Source: an uncultured Kiloniellales bacterium (GTDB lineage: Bacteria > Actinomycetota > Acidimicrobiia > Spongiisociales > UBA5794). Taken from it: a stretch of 64,000 nt of DNA. The notes below the pieces were generated by a model that was given only the letters and a program-made list of their open reading frames with translations, did not search any database and was not told the DNA's origin. This document shows positions 9,317 through 17,545 of the stretch, piece by piece. The position numbers and the translations under genes are program-made. Location of the stretch: NCBI GenBank assembly GCA_964195155.1, contig CAXMOP010000021.1, positions 7,007-71,006 of the forward strand, in the 5' to 3' direction. Within the stretch, counting starts at the first letter, position 1. The number at the start of each line of letters is the position of its first letter.

Positions 9317-10381
9317 ATGTCTCTCGCTACCGAGATACCGATCCCCAAAGCGTTGGACGACGCGTTCGCCAAGGAATGGTCGTTCCTGGCTGCACCAGGA
9401 ACCTGGTTCTCGGGCGGGGAACGGGTGGAGATCGCCGCCGAGGCACGAAGGGCAATGACCGAATCCCTCTCCGATGACAGGCGTGGAGCTCAGGCAGTCA
9501 GCGGCGAGCCGAGTGCGAGCCGCCCGGAAAGAATGGCCGGCGAGCCGGCCGGCGAGGGCCTCCCTCCAGCCCTGCGTGACGTGGTTGACATGGTCGCGTC
9601 ATCGTCGCCGTTGATCGACGCCGATTGGGTTGCTGGTCTCGATGAACGGAACGTGACTTTGCCCGCCTATGCCGAGATCATCGGCATCGCCTCCCGAATG
9701 TCGGCGGTTGATTTCTTTCACCGTGCGTTGGGCCTTCCCCTCCCGCCGCTGCCGGAACCACAGGCCGGGGAGCCGACCCTTCTTCCGCCGCCGACGGATC
9801 TCATTGTCGGGAAGTCCTTCCTGCCGATGGTGCCACCGGTGAGCATTCCGCAGACCATCTCGCTGGTCCCGCCCGAGACCCAAGCCTGGCAGGCGTTGTC
9901 CGACGCGACCTACATGACCTTCGACGAGATGGGCGATCCCGATCTTTCTCGATCGCTCCACCGCACGCAGATCGAGCTCGTCGCCGCACGAACGTCGCAG
10001 GTCAACGAGTGCTTCTACTGAGTGTTGGCGCATGCATCGATGCTCAGTTGGAGTGCGCAGAACATGGGAATCGCCTGGGATCCGAGGTCGATCACCGATC
10101 CGAGCGTTGATCCGCTGCTGGCGGGCGGGCGCGAGCTCGTTGGCTTTGTCGATGCCGCCCACGGCTCGGAAGACGATGTGCTGGCCTCGGCGCGGGCTGA
10201 GCTGCGCGCTGCGCTCGGTGATGCGGCCACGGTGGAAGCGGCCGCCGTGCTCGGCAACTTCAACCAGATGAACCGCCTCGCCGACGCCACCGGCATGCCG
10301 GTAGGCCCCGGATCAATGCGCCACTCCGAGCAGCTGCGCGCCGCCACCGGGATCAAGCGCTTCCACGCCCATACGCCCTAA
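9317..10381 (+). CDS. carboxymuconolactone decarboxylase/AhpD-like protein with in-frame UGA (candidate selenocysteine) at 10019-10021; alternatively pseudogene
   Basis: Two ORFs (9317-10021, 10022-10381) are in the same frame separated only by TGA; reading through gives ...SQVNECFY-U-VLAHASML = AhpD core motif xNxCxxCxxxH with U at second Cys. Confidence 0.5.
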
Positions 10382-10385
10382 GGAG

Positions 10386-10540
10386 TCTTCAGTCGTCAGT
10401 CCTGAGTCATCAGCCAGAGTCGGACGGGCGATGACTGATGACTCCAAAGTCCACAGTCTTCCGTCCACAGTCTTCAGCCCGAAGGTGCGCTTGTCCTTCC
10501 CGCCCACCCTCTGGCTGACTGATGACTGATGACTGATGAC
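10386..10540. repeat. long-range inverted repeat built of TGACTGA-type heptads (tcatcagccagag ... ctctggctgactgatgactgatgac) with internal direct repeat ccacagtctt x2
   Basis: Arms 10386-10420 and 10510-10540 are reverse complements (13/13 core). Confidence 0.65.
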
Positions 10541-10546
10541 TTTCTC

Positions 10547-10583
10547 TTGACACCTAGGTTGTCTTAGCCTAGATTGTCTAGGT
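10547..10583 (+). promoter_or_regulatory. padR promoter (-35 TTGACA 10547-10552, 17-nt spacer, -10 TAGATT 10570-10575) with overlapping operator-like repeats; leaderless start
   Basis: Sigma70-like hexamers; ATG of padR ~8 nt after -10; direct/inverted TTGTCTAG / ACCTAG...CTAGGT repeats across the spacer. Confidence 0.4.
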
Positions 10584-10922
10584 ATGAGAGGGCAGGCGCT
10601 GAAAGGGCATCTCGACCTACTGCTGTTGGCGGTCCTTGCCGACGGTGCCAGGCACGGGTACGCCGTGATCGACGACCTCAGGGAGCGCAGCGACGACACG
10701 TTCGATCTCCCCGAGGGAACGGTGTATCCCGCGTTGCATCGATTGGAGAAGGGCGGCTATCTGAGCAGCGAATGGTCGGTGGTGCAGGGAAGAAGAAGGC
10801 GCACGTATCGGCTGACGGATCGGGGCCGGGGTGCGCTTGGTGAGCAGCGCCGTGCTTGGGGCGAGTTCTCGGATGCGGTGGCCAGTGTGTTGAAAGGATC
10901 CCCGTGGCCGACTACGTCTTGA
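10584..10922 (+). CDS. PadR family transcriptional regulator
   Basis: HGYAVIDDL...GTVYPALHRLEKGGYL winged-helix PadR signature. Confidence 0.9.
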   Translation: MRGQALKGHLDLLLLAVLADGARHGYAVIDDLRERSDDTFDLPEGTVYPALHRLEKGGYLSSEWSVVQGRRRRTYRLTDRGRGALGEQRRAWGEFSDAVASVLKGSPWPTTS

Positions 10923-11737
10923 TCGACGGCTATCTCGACACCATGCGCACCCGGGTGCGGTGGCGTCGCGACGTCGAGGACCTGGTCGCAGAGATGGAAG
11001 ACCATCTGTACTCGACGGTGGAGCGGTTCGAAGCACGCGGGACCGACACCAAGCTCGCCCAGCGCAAAACCCTGGATCGCTTCGGCGACCCGGACCTGAT
11101 GGCCGACGCGTTCGCCTCCACACCACGAGGAGGAATCGCCGTGCCAACCAAATTCACTAAAACCGCCGGACTCGCCGCCCTATGGGCGAGCGGGATGTGG
11201 GTCGCCGCAATACTCTTCGCCGGGGTCTACTCGTTACTCGACACCGAGGCGTCGTCCCCGTGGCTGGTCCTGGTTGGCCTCGTCGTCGCTGCGAGCGCGT
11301 TGACCTTGATGGCCACCGCCGGGTTGCGCGAACGCCATGGAGGCTTCGGGGTGCTCGGCATGGCTGGTCTGATCATCCTCGGAATCGGCGTTGCCGCGAC
11401 ACTGATCCTCGCTTGGGCTATTCCGTTCTGGATGACCGTGCAGGGGGTGGGATTGCTGTTCGTAGCCCTGGCTATTCTGCCGCTACGAGTTGCGCCTCGG
11501 CTGCCAACCATCGCGTATGGCTCCGGCATGCTGCTCGGTTCCATCGCCTTTGCCATCGCCAGGGCGTTGGAGGCCGGTTCGCCCGACGAGTGGGGCGACT
11601 ACCCGGTGGCCTACATGATCGGGGGATTGGTCGGGTTCACCATCCTCGCTGCCGGCCTCCTCGGCATCGGCCTCTGGCTCCGCGGCGAGGAGCCCGCACC
11701 GATCGACGCACCGCCCGACCAGGCCATCGCCGCCTAG
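10919..11737 (+). CDS. PadR-associated membrane protein (HAAS/DUF1700-like N-terminal sensor + 6 TM)
   Basis: TTG at 10919 overlaps padR stop (TTGA) or ATG at 10943; N-term motif ...RFGDPDLMADAF then polytopic membrane region; typical padR partner. Confidence 0.65.
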   Translation: MIDGYLDTMRTRVRWRRDVEDLVAEMEDHLYSTVERFEARGTDTKLAQRKTLDRFGDPDLMADAFASTPRGGIAVPTKFTKTAGLAALWASGMWVAAILFAGVYSLLDTEASSPWLVLVGLVVAASALTLMATAGLRERHGGFGVLGMAGLIILGIGVAATLILAWAIPFWMTVQGVGLLFVALAILPLRVAPRLPTIAYGSGMLLGSIAFAIARALEAGSPDEWGDYPVAYMIGGLVGFTILAAGLLGIGLWLRGEEPAPIDAPPDQAIAA

Positions 11738-11775
11738 CTCGACACAGATCAACGCCCCCACTCAGCAGCAACGCC

Positions 11776-11792
11776 GGCCTCACTGTGAGGCC
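11776..11792 (+). terminator. stem-loop GGCCTCA-CTG-TGAGGCC
   Basis: Perfect 7-bp hairpin downstream of 11737 stop; no T-tract. Confidence 0.25.
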
Positions 11793-11809
11793 GGCCGAGC
11801 TGTACCCAT

Positions 11810-11859
11810 CCGTTCTTGCGTAGCACCGCCATATATCGCTCCTGGCTACGCAAAAACGG
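11810..11859. repeat. hairpin element with 15-bp stem CCGTTCTTGCGTAGC / GCTACGCAAAAACGG (family shared with 51050-51101)
   Basis: Same stem sequence found after NAD-GDH gene. Confidence 0.7.
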
Positions 11860-12939
11860 TTATGAGGTCCTCAGCACTCGTTCTGCCTCGAATCGGACCC
11901 GGAACTCGTCGTCGTCCAAGGCCCTCTCCACGACCGTGAGGCTCGACCCAATCCCGAGGTCGCCGAGGGCCTTGACCGCCCGCCATCGGATCCAGGCATC
12001 GGGGTTGCCGATCACAGCCTGCTCGAAGGCGGCGCGAAACGTCTCGTCGCCGGTGTCGCCGGCGGCATCCAGCGCCATCCGTCGCACCCGCAGCGAGCCG
12101 TCGGCAAGCCCTCGTTCGATGGCGCTGTCGCGCACCTCGGTATCAGAAGACTCGGCCAGAATCGCCACCGCGATGCGACGCACCGACGAGGACTGGTCGT
12201 CGAGTGCGACCTCCAGGCGGTGCTGGTGGCCGGCGTCGTCGGGATCGAGCAGGTGAAGCTCATCGGCGGTCGTTGCGGCTTGCCCGGCCTCCGACAAGAG
12301 CTCGGCCCTCGTTCGCTCGGGAGATTCGATCGATCCGTCACGGGCGTACAGCTCGGTGACGAGCGCCAGGATCGGTTCGAGCCGATCCTCCCAGGATCGA
12401 TCGATGCCGACGGTGATGAAGTCCCCAGCCACCATCACATCGGTGACGTCCGGCTCGGCAAAGAGCCGCTTCAGCGCAGGATCGTCGATCGAGTCGCCTC
12501 TCCGATGCCACTCGCCCGGCGAGGGGCTGCCGCCCATCACGAAGCGGACCTTGCGTGGGTGTGGCGTGGCCTCCGGAACCACCGGCCCCTCGAACGCGCG
12601 GTCGAAAATCGAGGATGCACCCCTTGACCCGCCCGAGGCGGTGAGCACGAATCTGCCATGCCGGTTCCCATAGTCGAGGCTGATGCCTCCGCCGAGATCG
12701 TGCTCGCGCCATTGATCGCCGACATGGGGCGTAACCAGCTCCGCCAGAGCAGCGTCGTTCCCTTCGGTCCAAGGTGTGTCGGAGAAGAACCGCTTCAGCA
12801 GATCCTTGAAAGCCGCCAGATCCTCGAACGGCAGGCTGGTCGCCACGTCATCGGTCAGGTACGCCGAGGCGGTCGGCACCAGGCCACGCGCCACGATTGT
12901 CGCCCGGGTGGTGTCGAGATCGGCGGGGTGTGTGAACAT
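11860..12939 (-). CDS. Nfu/NifU-N-like (virulence-factor domain) protein with C-terminal HEAT repeats
   Basis: Block TPHPRKVRFVMG...PALKRLFAEPDVTDVMVAGDFITVG resembles Nfu_N; C-terminal repeated RRIAV/ALG helical HEAT-like units. Confidence 0.55.
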   Translation of the reverse strand: MFTHPADLDTTRATIVARGLVPTASAYLTDDVATSLPFEDLAAFKDLLKRFFSDTPWTEGNDAALAELVTPHVGDQWREHDLGGGISLDYGNRHGRFVLTASGGSRGASSIFDRAFEGPVVPEATPHPRKVRFVMGGSPSPGEWHRRGDSIDDPALKRLFAEPDVTDVMVAGDFITVGIDRSWEDRLEPILALVTELYARDGSIESPERTRAELLSEAGQAATTADELHLLDPDDAGHQHRLEVALDDQSSSVRRIAVAILAESSDTEVRDSAIERGLADGSLRVRRMALDAAGDTGDETFRAAFEQAVIGNPDAWIRWRAVKALGDLGIGSSLTVVERALDDDEFRVRFEAERVLRTS

Positions 12940-13070
12940 TCGCCTCCATGCTCACGGCAAAAGTTCCCGTCAGCAACTGCAGAATCGCACTATCGTCTAG
13001 CTCGCTTAGGGACGTCCCTCGCTCGAGATGGCTTCGGCTGGTTCGATGTAGATTGATGAACCCGGCCGAA

Positions 13071-13087
13071 TAGCGGGCCAACGAGGC
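13071..13087 (+). promoter_or_regulatory. 5'UTR hairpin CCAACG-AGGCT-CGTTGG upstream of RRM gene RBS
   Basis: Perfect inverted repeat 30 nt upstream of ATG 13119. Confidence 0.25.
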
Positions 13088-13118
13088 TCGTTGGAATGCC
13101 ATAGGAGGCATAGCAAGT

Positions 13119-13364
13119 ATGAACATCTTCGTAGGGAACCTTCCGTTCTCAGCGACGGGCGGGGAGCTAGAAACGCTCTTCGGCGAATATGGGGCGATCG
13201 ACTCCGCAGCCGTGATCAACGATCGTGAGACCGGTCGGTCTCGCGGATTCGGCTTCGTCGAGATGACGGATTCAGCGGAGGCGAACAAAGCCATCGAGGA
13301 GCTCAACGGCTACGAACTCGACGGTCGTCCACTCACCGTTAATGAAGCAAGGCCACGGCGGTAG
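13119..13364 (+). CDS. RNA-binding protein, RRM domain (Rbp-like)
   Basis: RNP2 IFVGNL and RNP1 RGFGFVEM motifs. Confidence 0.9.
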   Translation: MNIFVGNLPFSATGGELETLFGEYGAIDSAAVINDRETGRSRGFGFVEMTDSAEANKAIEELNGYELDGRPLTVNEARPRR

Positions 13365-13369
13365 CCAGC

Positions 13370-13594
13370 TTGGCCAGAGGTGACGACACTTTCCGTACCC
13401 AGGGGACCATCGTTGAGACCCTGAGGAACGCGGAATTCCGTGTCGAGCTCGATTCCGGCCTGGAGGTCATCGCCAGAGCATCTGGGAAGATGCGGCGTGG
13501 CCGAGGGATCCGGATCATTGCCGGCGACAAGGTCGAGGTCGAGGTGTCAGCCTACGACCCGACCAAGGGCCGGATTGTCTGGCGGCATCGGTAG
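13370..13594 (+). CDS. infA: translation initiation factor IF-1
   Basis: S1-like fold sequence GTIVE...FRVELDSG.EVIARASGKMRR..IRIIAGDKVEVEVSAYDPTKGRIVWR; TTG start 6 nt after RRM stop. Confidence 0.85.
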   Translation: MARGDDTFRTQGTIVETLRNAEFRVELDSGLEVIARASGKMRRGRGIRIIAGDKVEVEVSAYDPTKGRIVWRHR

Positions 13595-13639
13595 ACAACA
13601 GTCGCGAGTCGCCAGTCGCGAGCCACGAGTCATAAGGAA

Positions 13640-13661
13640 GGGGCGGCCAAGAGGCCGCCCC
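13640..13661 (+). terminator. terminator hairpin GGGGCGGCC-AAGA-GGCCGCCCC followed by TTGACTTGT
   Basis: Perfect 9-bp GC stem after infA. Confidence 0.55.
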
Positions 13662-13681
13662 TTGACTTGTAGCCTTACCGC

Positions 13682-14242
13682 ATGAAGCGGTTCCTCGCAT
13701 TGGTCGCAGTCGTCGTCGTGATCAGCACCGCGGTTGGTGTGGCGTTGGTCGTACGGCAGCGTCGGCGGCTGGGGAGGATGTCCGACGACGAGCTGCGCGC
13801 CGTACTCGAGGACAAGATCGGAGAGCGGGTGTCGCCCGAGCAGCTTGCACTGATCCAGGATGCAGTCGTCGCCAAGGTGCGCGGAAGCCGCTGGTCATCG
13901 TCGGGTGCGGTCACCGGCTCGGTGACGTATTCCGAACAGATCTCAATGCCACCCGACGCGGTCGTGATCGTCGAACTGCTCGATACGTCGCGGCTGGACG
14001 CCCCCTCCCAGCAGATTGGTGCACACGTGATCGATGACCCGCGATCCGTCCCCCTCTCTTACTCGATCGGGTTCGACCCTGCTGAGATCGTCGAGAGCCA
14101 CGGGTACTCGATCAGGGCCACGATCAGCGCCGACGACCGGCTGCTGTGGACTACCGACACCAACTACCCGGTGATCACCCGTGACAACCCGACGACCGTC
14201 GATCTGCTGTTGGTTGCGGTGACTGAGCCGGTATCGGAATAG
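13682..14242 (+). CDS. YbaY-family lipoprotein-like protein
   Basis: N-terminal TM/signal, motif VTGSVTYSEQISMPPDAVVIVELLDTSRLDAP...RATISADDRLLWTTD. Confidence 0.7.
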   Translation: MKRFLALVAVVVVISTAVGVALVVRQRRRLGRMSDDELRAVLEDKIGERVSPEQLALIQDAVVAKVRGSRWSSSGAVTGSVTYSEQISMPPDAVVIVELLDTSRLDAPSQQIGAHVIDDPRSVPLSYSIGFDPAEIVESHGYSIRATISADDRLLWTTDTNYPVITRDNPTTVDLLLVAVTEPVSE

Positions 14243-14352
14243 GAGGGTGTTGAACAATGACGAGTGCGCTGAGCCGCCGCTCGCTTGATTGTTGCGGTGA
14301 CTCGGTTTCTCCAGTCAGCGCCGGCACGCTGGAGGATTGCTCAACACCCTCC
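14241..14352. repeat. ~110-nt TIR element, family A copy 1 (TAGGAGGGTGTTGAACAATGACGAGTG...GGATTGCTCAACACCCTCCTA)
   Basis: Terminal inverted repeats; first 3 nt are the ybaY TAG stop. Confidence 0.85.
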
Positions 14353-14431
14353 TAGCCGCCCCAAATACACGCCACCCCCGACAAAGCCGGGGGCAGCGCG
14401 CCCCGAGTGGGGCCTGAGAGCGTCTTAGTGG

Positions 14432-15182
14432 CTATTCGGCGACGATCGAACCTGCGAAGAGACCGATGTCCCACTCCCGGTCGTAGGTCATTACCAGCTG
14501 GATGTAGGCGCTGTGCTGGCTCATGATGCCCGCCCAGGCGAGGGCCAGCTCGTCGCCGGTCAACGACCTGGCTGCGTCGATGGCGTCGAGCAGAGCCCAG
14601 CCGGCGTCGAGAGCGACGAAGCCCTCCGGCGTACCGATGCCTGCGTCGGGATGCATCGTGTTCTGTATTGCGATCTGGTAATTGTCTACTTCGAGTTCCA
14701 TGGCGTTGAGGGCGATGAGGATGATCGCGGTCTCTTCTGCGCCATCGTCTTCTTCTCCGCCGGTTCCTTCGCTCTCTTCGTCTTTGCCGTCGTCGTCATC
14801 GTCATTGTCCTCTTTGGTATCGGCGTCGGCAGCGGCGGCGAGTTCTTTCGTCTCGGCCCAGACCGCCTTGGCTCTGTCCTTGAGGGCCCAGATTTCCTCG
14901 GTGTTGTCCTCTTCCAGAATTCGAGCCTTGATTCCGCCGAGCTCTTCGATACCTTCGGTGTAGATCGCCCAAGCTTGGTCGGTCTTTGCTCCCTCGCGGT
15001 ACTCCTTGAGTGAGTTGATCTTGTAGTTGACGTGCTCGAGGGCCGTGGCGCGAGCCGACTCGACGCCGTCATCGTCGCCGGCGCGAGCCGGCGCGAGCCG
15101 GCGCGCCGAAAGCGAGCATGAGGGCCGTGATGATCACGATGATCGTGCGTGCCCGGAGTCGGGACGGAGCCGCCAGTTGCAT
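14432..15182 (-). pseudogene. secreted acidic protein gene, reading frame switched inside a 10-bp x3 tandem repeat (phase-variable or disrupted)
   Basis: ATG 15182 + signal peptide MQLAAPSRLRARTIIVIITALMLAFGAPARA in one frame; D/E-rich mature part and conserved-looking C-term (14432-14701) in +1 frame; deletion of one repeat unit restores a single ORF. Confidence 0.5.
15077..15106. repeat. tandem repeat (CCGGCGCGAG)x3 (10-bp unit)
   Basis: Direct reading of 15071-15110. Confidence 0.9.
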
Positions 15183-15322
15183 GTGTACCACACCAAATCT
15201 GCGACGAGCAGTGCGCATCGACCGTTTTCCCCTACCTCATTGGAATCGGCGCCGGAGGCACTAATCCTTAAGTGCGTGCCTGCCAATAGCGCCAATGAAC
15301 TAGCCCTCAGGAACCGCGCGGC

Positions 15323-16228
15323 CTAGTCAAGAATGGCCAAGGCTTCCGCGGCGATCTCGATCGATTCGGTGGTGATGGGGTCGAGGACGAGCTGGACGTG
15401 GTTGGCGCCTGCCTCGGCGAAGGCGAGCAACGTGTCGGCGAGCTGGTCGGCACCGCCCGATAGCGGAGGAGCACTGTCGCGGTCGGGGTTGGATTGGACC
15501 CGGCCGGTACCGCCGGCGAATTGCCAGTACAGCGCCGTCGTCCTTCCCACCTCGGCGGGGTCGCGGCCTACCTCTCGGCACGCGTCGTCGATGGTCGCAT
15601 TCACCTCACCGAACCCGCTCGGTCGGTTTCCGTGCCATGCATGCCAAACGTTCCAGAGGTCGACGTAGGGCAGGGTGATCGCCAGCATCTTTGGTCCGGT
15701 CGATCCGATCATCAGTGGCGGGCCGCCTGGTCGCGGTGGGGGTACGAGCTCGCAGTCCCTCAGGGTGTAGTAGTCGCCTTCGAAGTCGATGCTGCCCTGG
15801 GTGAGCAGCGTGCGAATGATCGTGAATGCCTCGGCAAAGCGTGCGACCCGATGATCGAAGGGAAAGCCGAAGGCGGCGTACTCGGTCTCATTCCACCCCG
15901 CTCCCAAACCGAGGATGAGCCGACCCCCCGAGATCTCGTCAACGGTGGCCGCCTTCTTGGCCAACATCGCCGGATTGTGAAAGCTTGTCGAAGCGACCAG
16001 AGGCCCGAGCTGGACCCGGTCGGTGATTGCGGCCAGGCCCGCCAGCACCGACCAGGCCTCCCAGGGACCGCTGGCCCCGTCACCATCCCGATACAGCAAG
16101 TGGTCGCCAACCCAGATCGAGTCGAACCCCGTGGCCTCAGCGGCAAGTGTCATGTCTCGCAGCTCCTGCCACGAAACCACGCGTTCGACCTCAGGAAGCT
16201 GCACACCGACGGCGAGGGGGCGGGCCAT
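15323..16228 (-). CDS. LLM-class F420-dependent oxidoreductase (luciferase-like monooxygenase family)
   Basis: Typical N-term MARPLAVGVQLP...FDSIWVGDHL, LGLGAGW motif. Confidence 0.85.
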   Translation of the reverse strand: MARPLAVGVQLPEVERVVSWQELRDMTLAAEATGFDSIWVGDHLLYRDGDGASGPWEAWSVLAGLAAITDRVQLGPLVASTSFHNPAMLAKKAATVDEISGGRLILGLGAGWNETEYAAFGFPFDHRVARFAEAFTIIRTLLTQGSIDFEGDYYTLRDCELVPPPRPGGPPLMIGSTGPKMLAITLPYVDLWNVWHAWHGNRPSGFGEVNATIDDACREVGRDPAEVGRTTALYWQFAGGTGRVQSNPDRDSAPPLSGGADQLADTLLAFAEAGANHVQLVLDPITTESIEIAAEALAILD

Positions 16229-16306
16229 GCAGGGAGTCTCAAGGCACAAGGCTCAACGCGCAAATCGCAAGCCTCAAGTTCCGTAGCTCGGATAGGGTGA
16301 CCTGAG

Positions 16307-16789
16307 ATGATCCGAAGTGTTGACTCTCGTTCTGTCCGGACGATCCGATGGTTGGCGCTGCCGCTGGCAATCGTCCTCTCGGGTTGCATCGGCTTTGGCA
16401 GGGACGGTGGCGGCGACTTCTCCGATTCCTGCCGGTGCCCGAATCTCGAAGCCGTTGCCCCAACGATTGATTGGGTAGGGACCGCTGTACGGCCCGAATC
16501 AACCCAGTCGAGCGACGGATTGGACCATCCGCATCGCATCGACCTCCACTACCCGGCGGCGAGTTCGTCGGAGTCTGCGCGGCAGGACCTCCAGGTTGCA
16601 ATCGACCGGCTGGACGACGCAGGGTTCCTGCGGTTGGACGCCTCGCTGCACGCGTACGCCGGCGAGGATTGGCTATTGAAACTGATGTCGAGCGACCTAC
16701 GCCTGATCGTGTTTGTCGAGATCGCGGACGACCACCTCGCCGAGAGCATCCTCCGCCCGCTCGCTGAGGCCCTGGGGACCGTCCCCTGA
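16307..16789 (+). CDS. hypothetical lipoprotein
   Basis: Signal peptide with lipobox LSGC. Confidence 0.5.
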   Translation: MIRSVDSRSVRTIRWLALPLAIVLSGCIGFGRDGGGDFSDSCRCPNLEAVAPTIDWVGTAVRPESTQSSDGLDHPHRIDLHYPAASSSESARQDLQVAIDRLDDAGFLRLDASLHAYAGEDWLLKLMSSDLRLIVFVEIADDHLAESILRPLAEALGTVP

Positions 16790-16919
16790 TCGCGGAACGC
16801 GATAAGCACCGCGCACGGTGGTCGCACGCGCGCTCAGCGCGAATGGCCCTTGTCACCTTCCTCAGACGCGTGTAGAAGTTGCACCAGACATGACACGGGG
16901 CTGAACGTCGGGGGAGTCG

Positions 16920-17150
16920 TTGAGGTCGGTTGGGCGAACCGCAACTGGGGGGCTCGCGCTCTTCTTAACGCTGCCCGCCTTTGCTCTTTTGGCGGCCACG
17001 CCGGCCTCAGCTGAGCCCGAGTCTTCGGAACCACCCAACTCCATCGAGTCGTACGCCATTCTTGCCACTGATTCGTTATGGCTCGGTCGTGGTTCGTCGG
17101 TCGAGTCGGGCCATGTTGGTGTCAACCAAGCCGGGAAGCAGTGGAGAGTA
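16920..17150 (+). pseudogene. N-terminal remnant of a secreted DUF3494/ice-binding-like protein (frame decays after ~75 codons)
   Basis: Signal peptide + SYAILATDSLWLGRGSSVESGHVGVNQAG then Arg-rich nonsense in all frames. Confidence 0.25.
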
Positions 17151-17545
17151 AGACGACGCTCCGGCCGGAGCCATCCACAAATGACGAATGGTGCGTCGGA
17201 CAACGACCGGCGCCACGTCGAGCCGAACGATCCCGATATGTTCGCCGATACCTACAACATCCAACCCACCTTCGTATCCACGCGAGCACGAACCGCTCGG
17301 CCACCAACTCCTCGACGACGGCGGAGCGATCGTCACCGAGTACCCGGCAGGGTCGCCGCCCGATGGATGGCGCTTTCCCCCGCGAATGCGCCTCGCCGCA
17401 TGACAAGGAACGTCCGTCAGTCGTCCGCCACGATGACTCTTCGGATGCCTCCTGGCGCTCCCAATAGCCGGGCGTCACGTTTGGCGCCGTGCCCAGAGCT
17501 CACCGATCTCCCCCTGCGTGGTTGAGGCGAGGAGTGCGTCGCGTC

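Noticed and set aside
14686-15072. 128-aa S/T/R/P-rich minus ORF
   Set aside because: Wrong frame of the D/E-rich secreted-protein gene.
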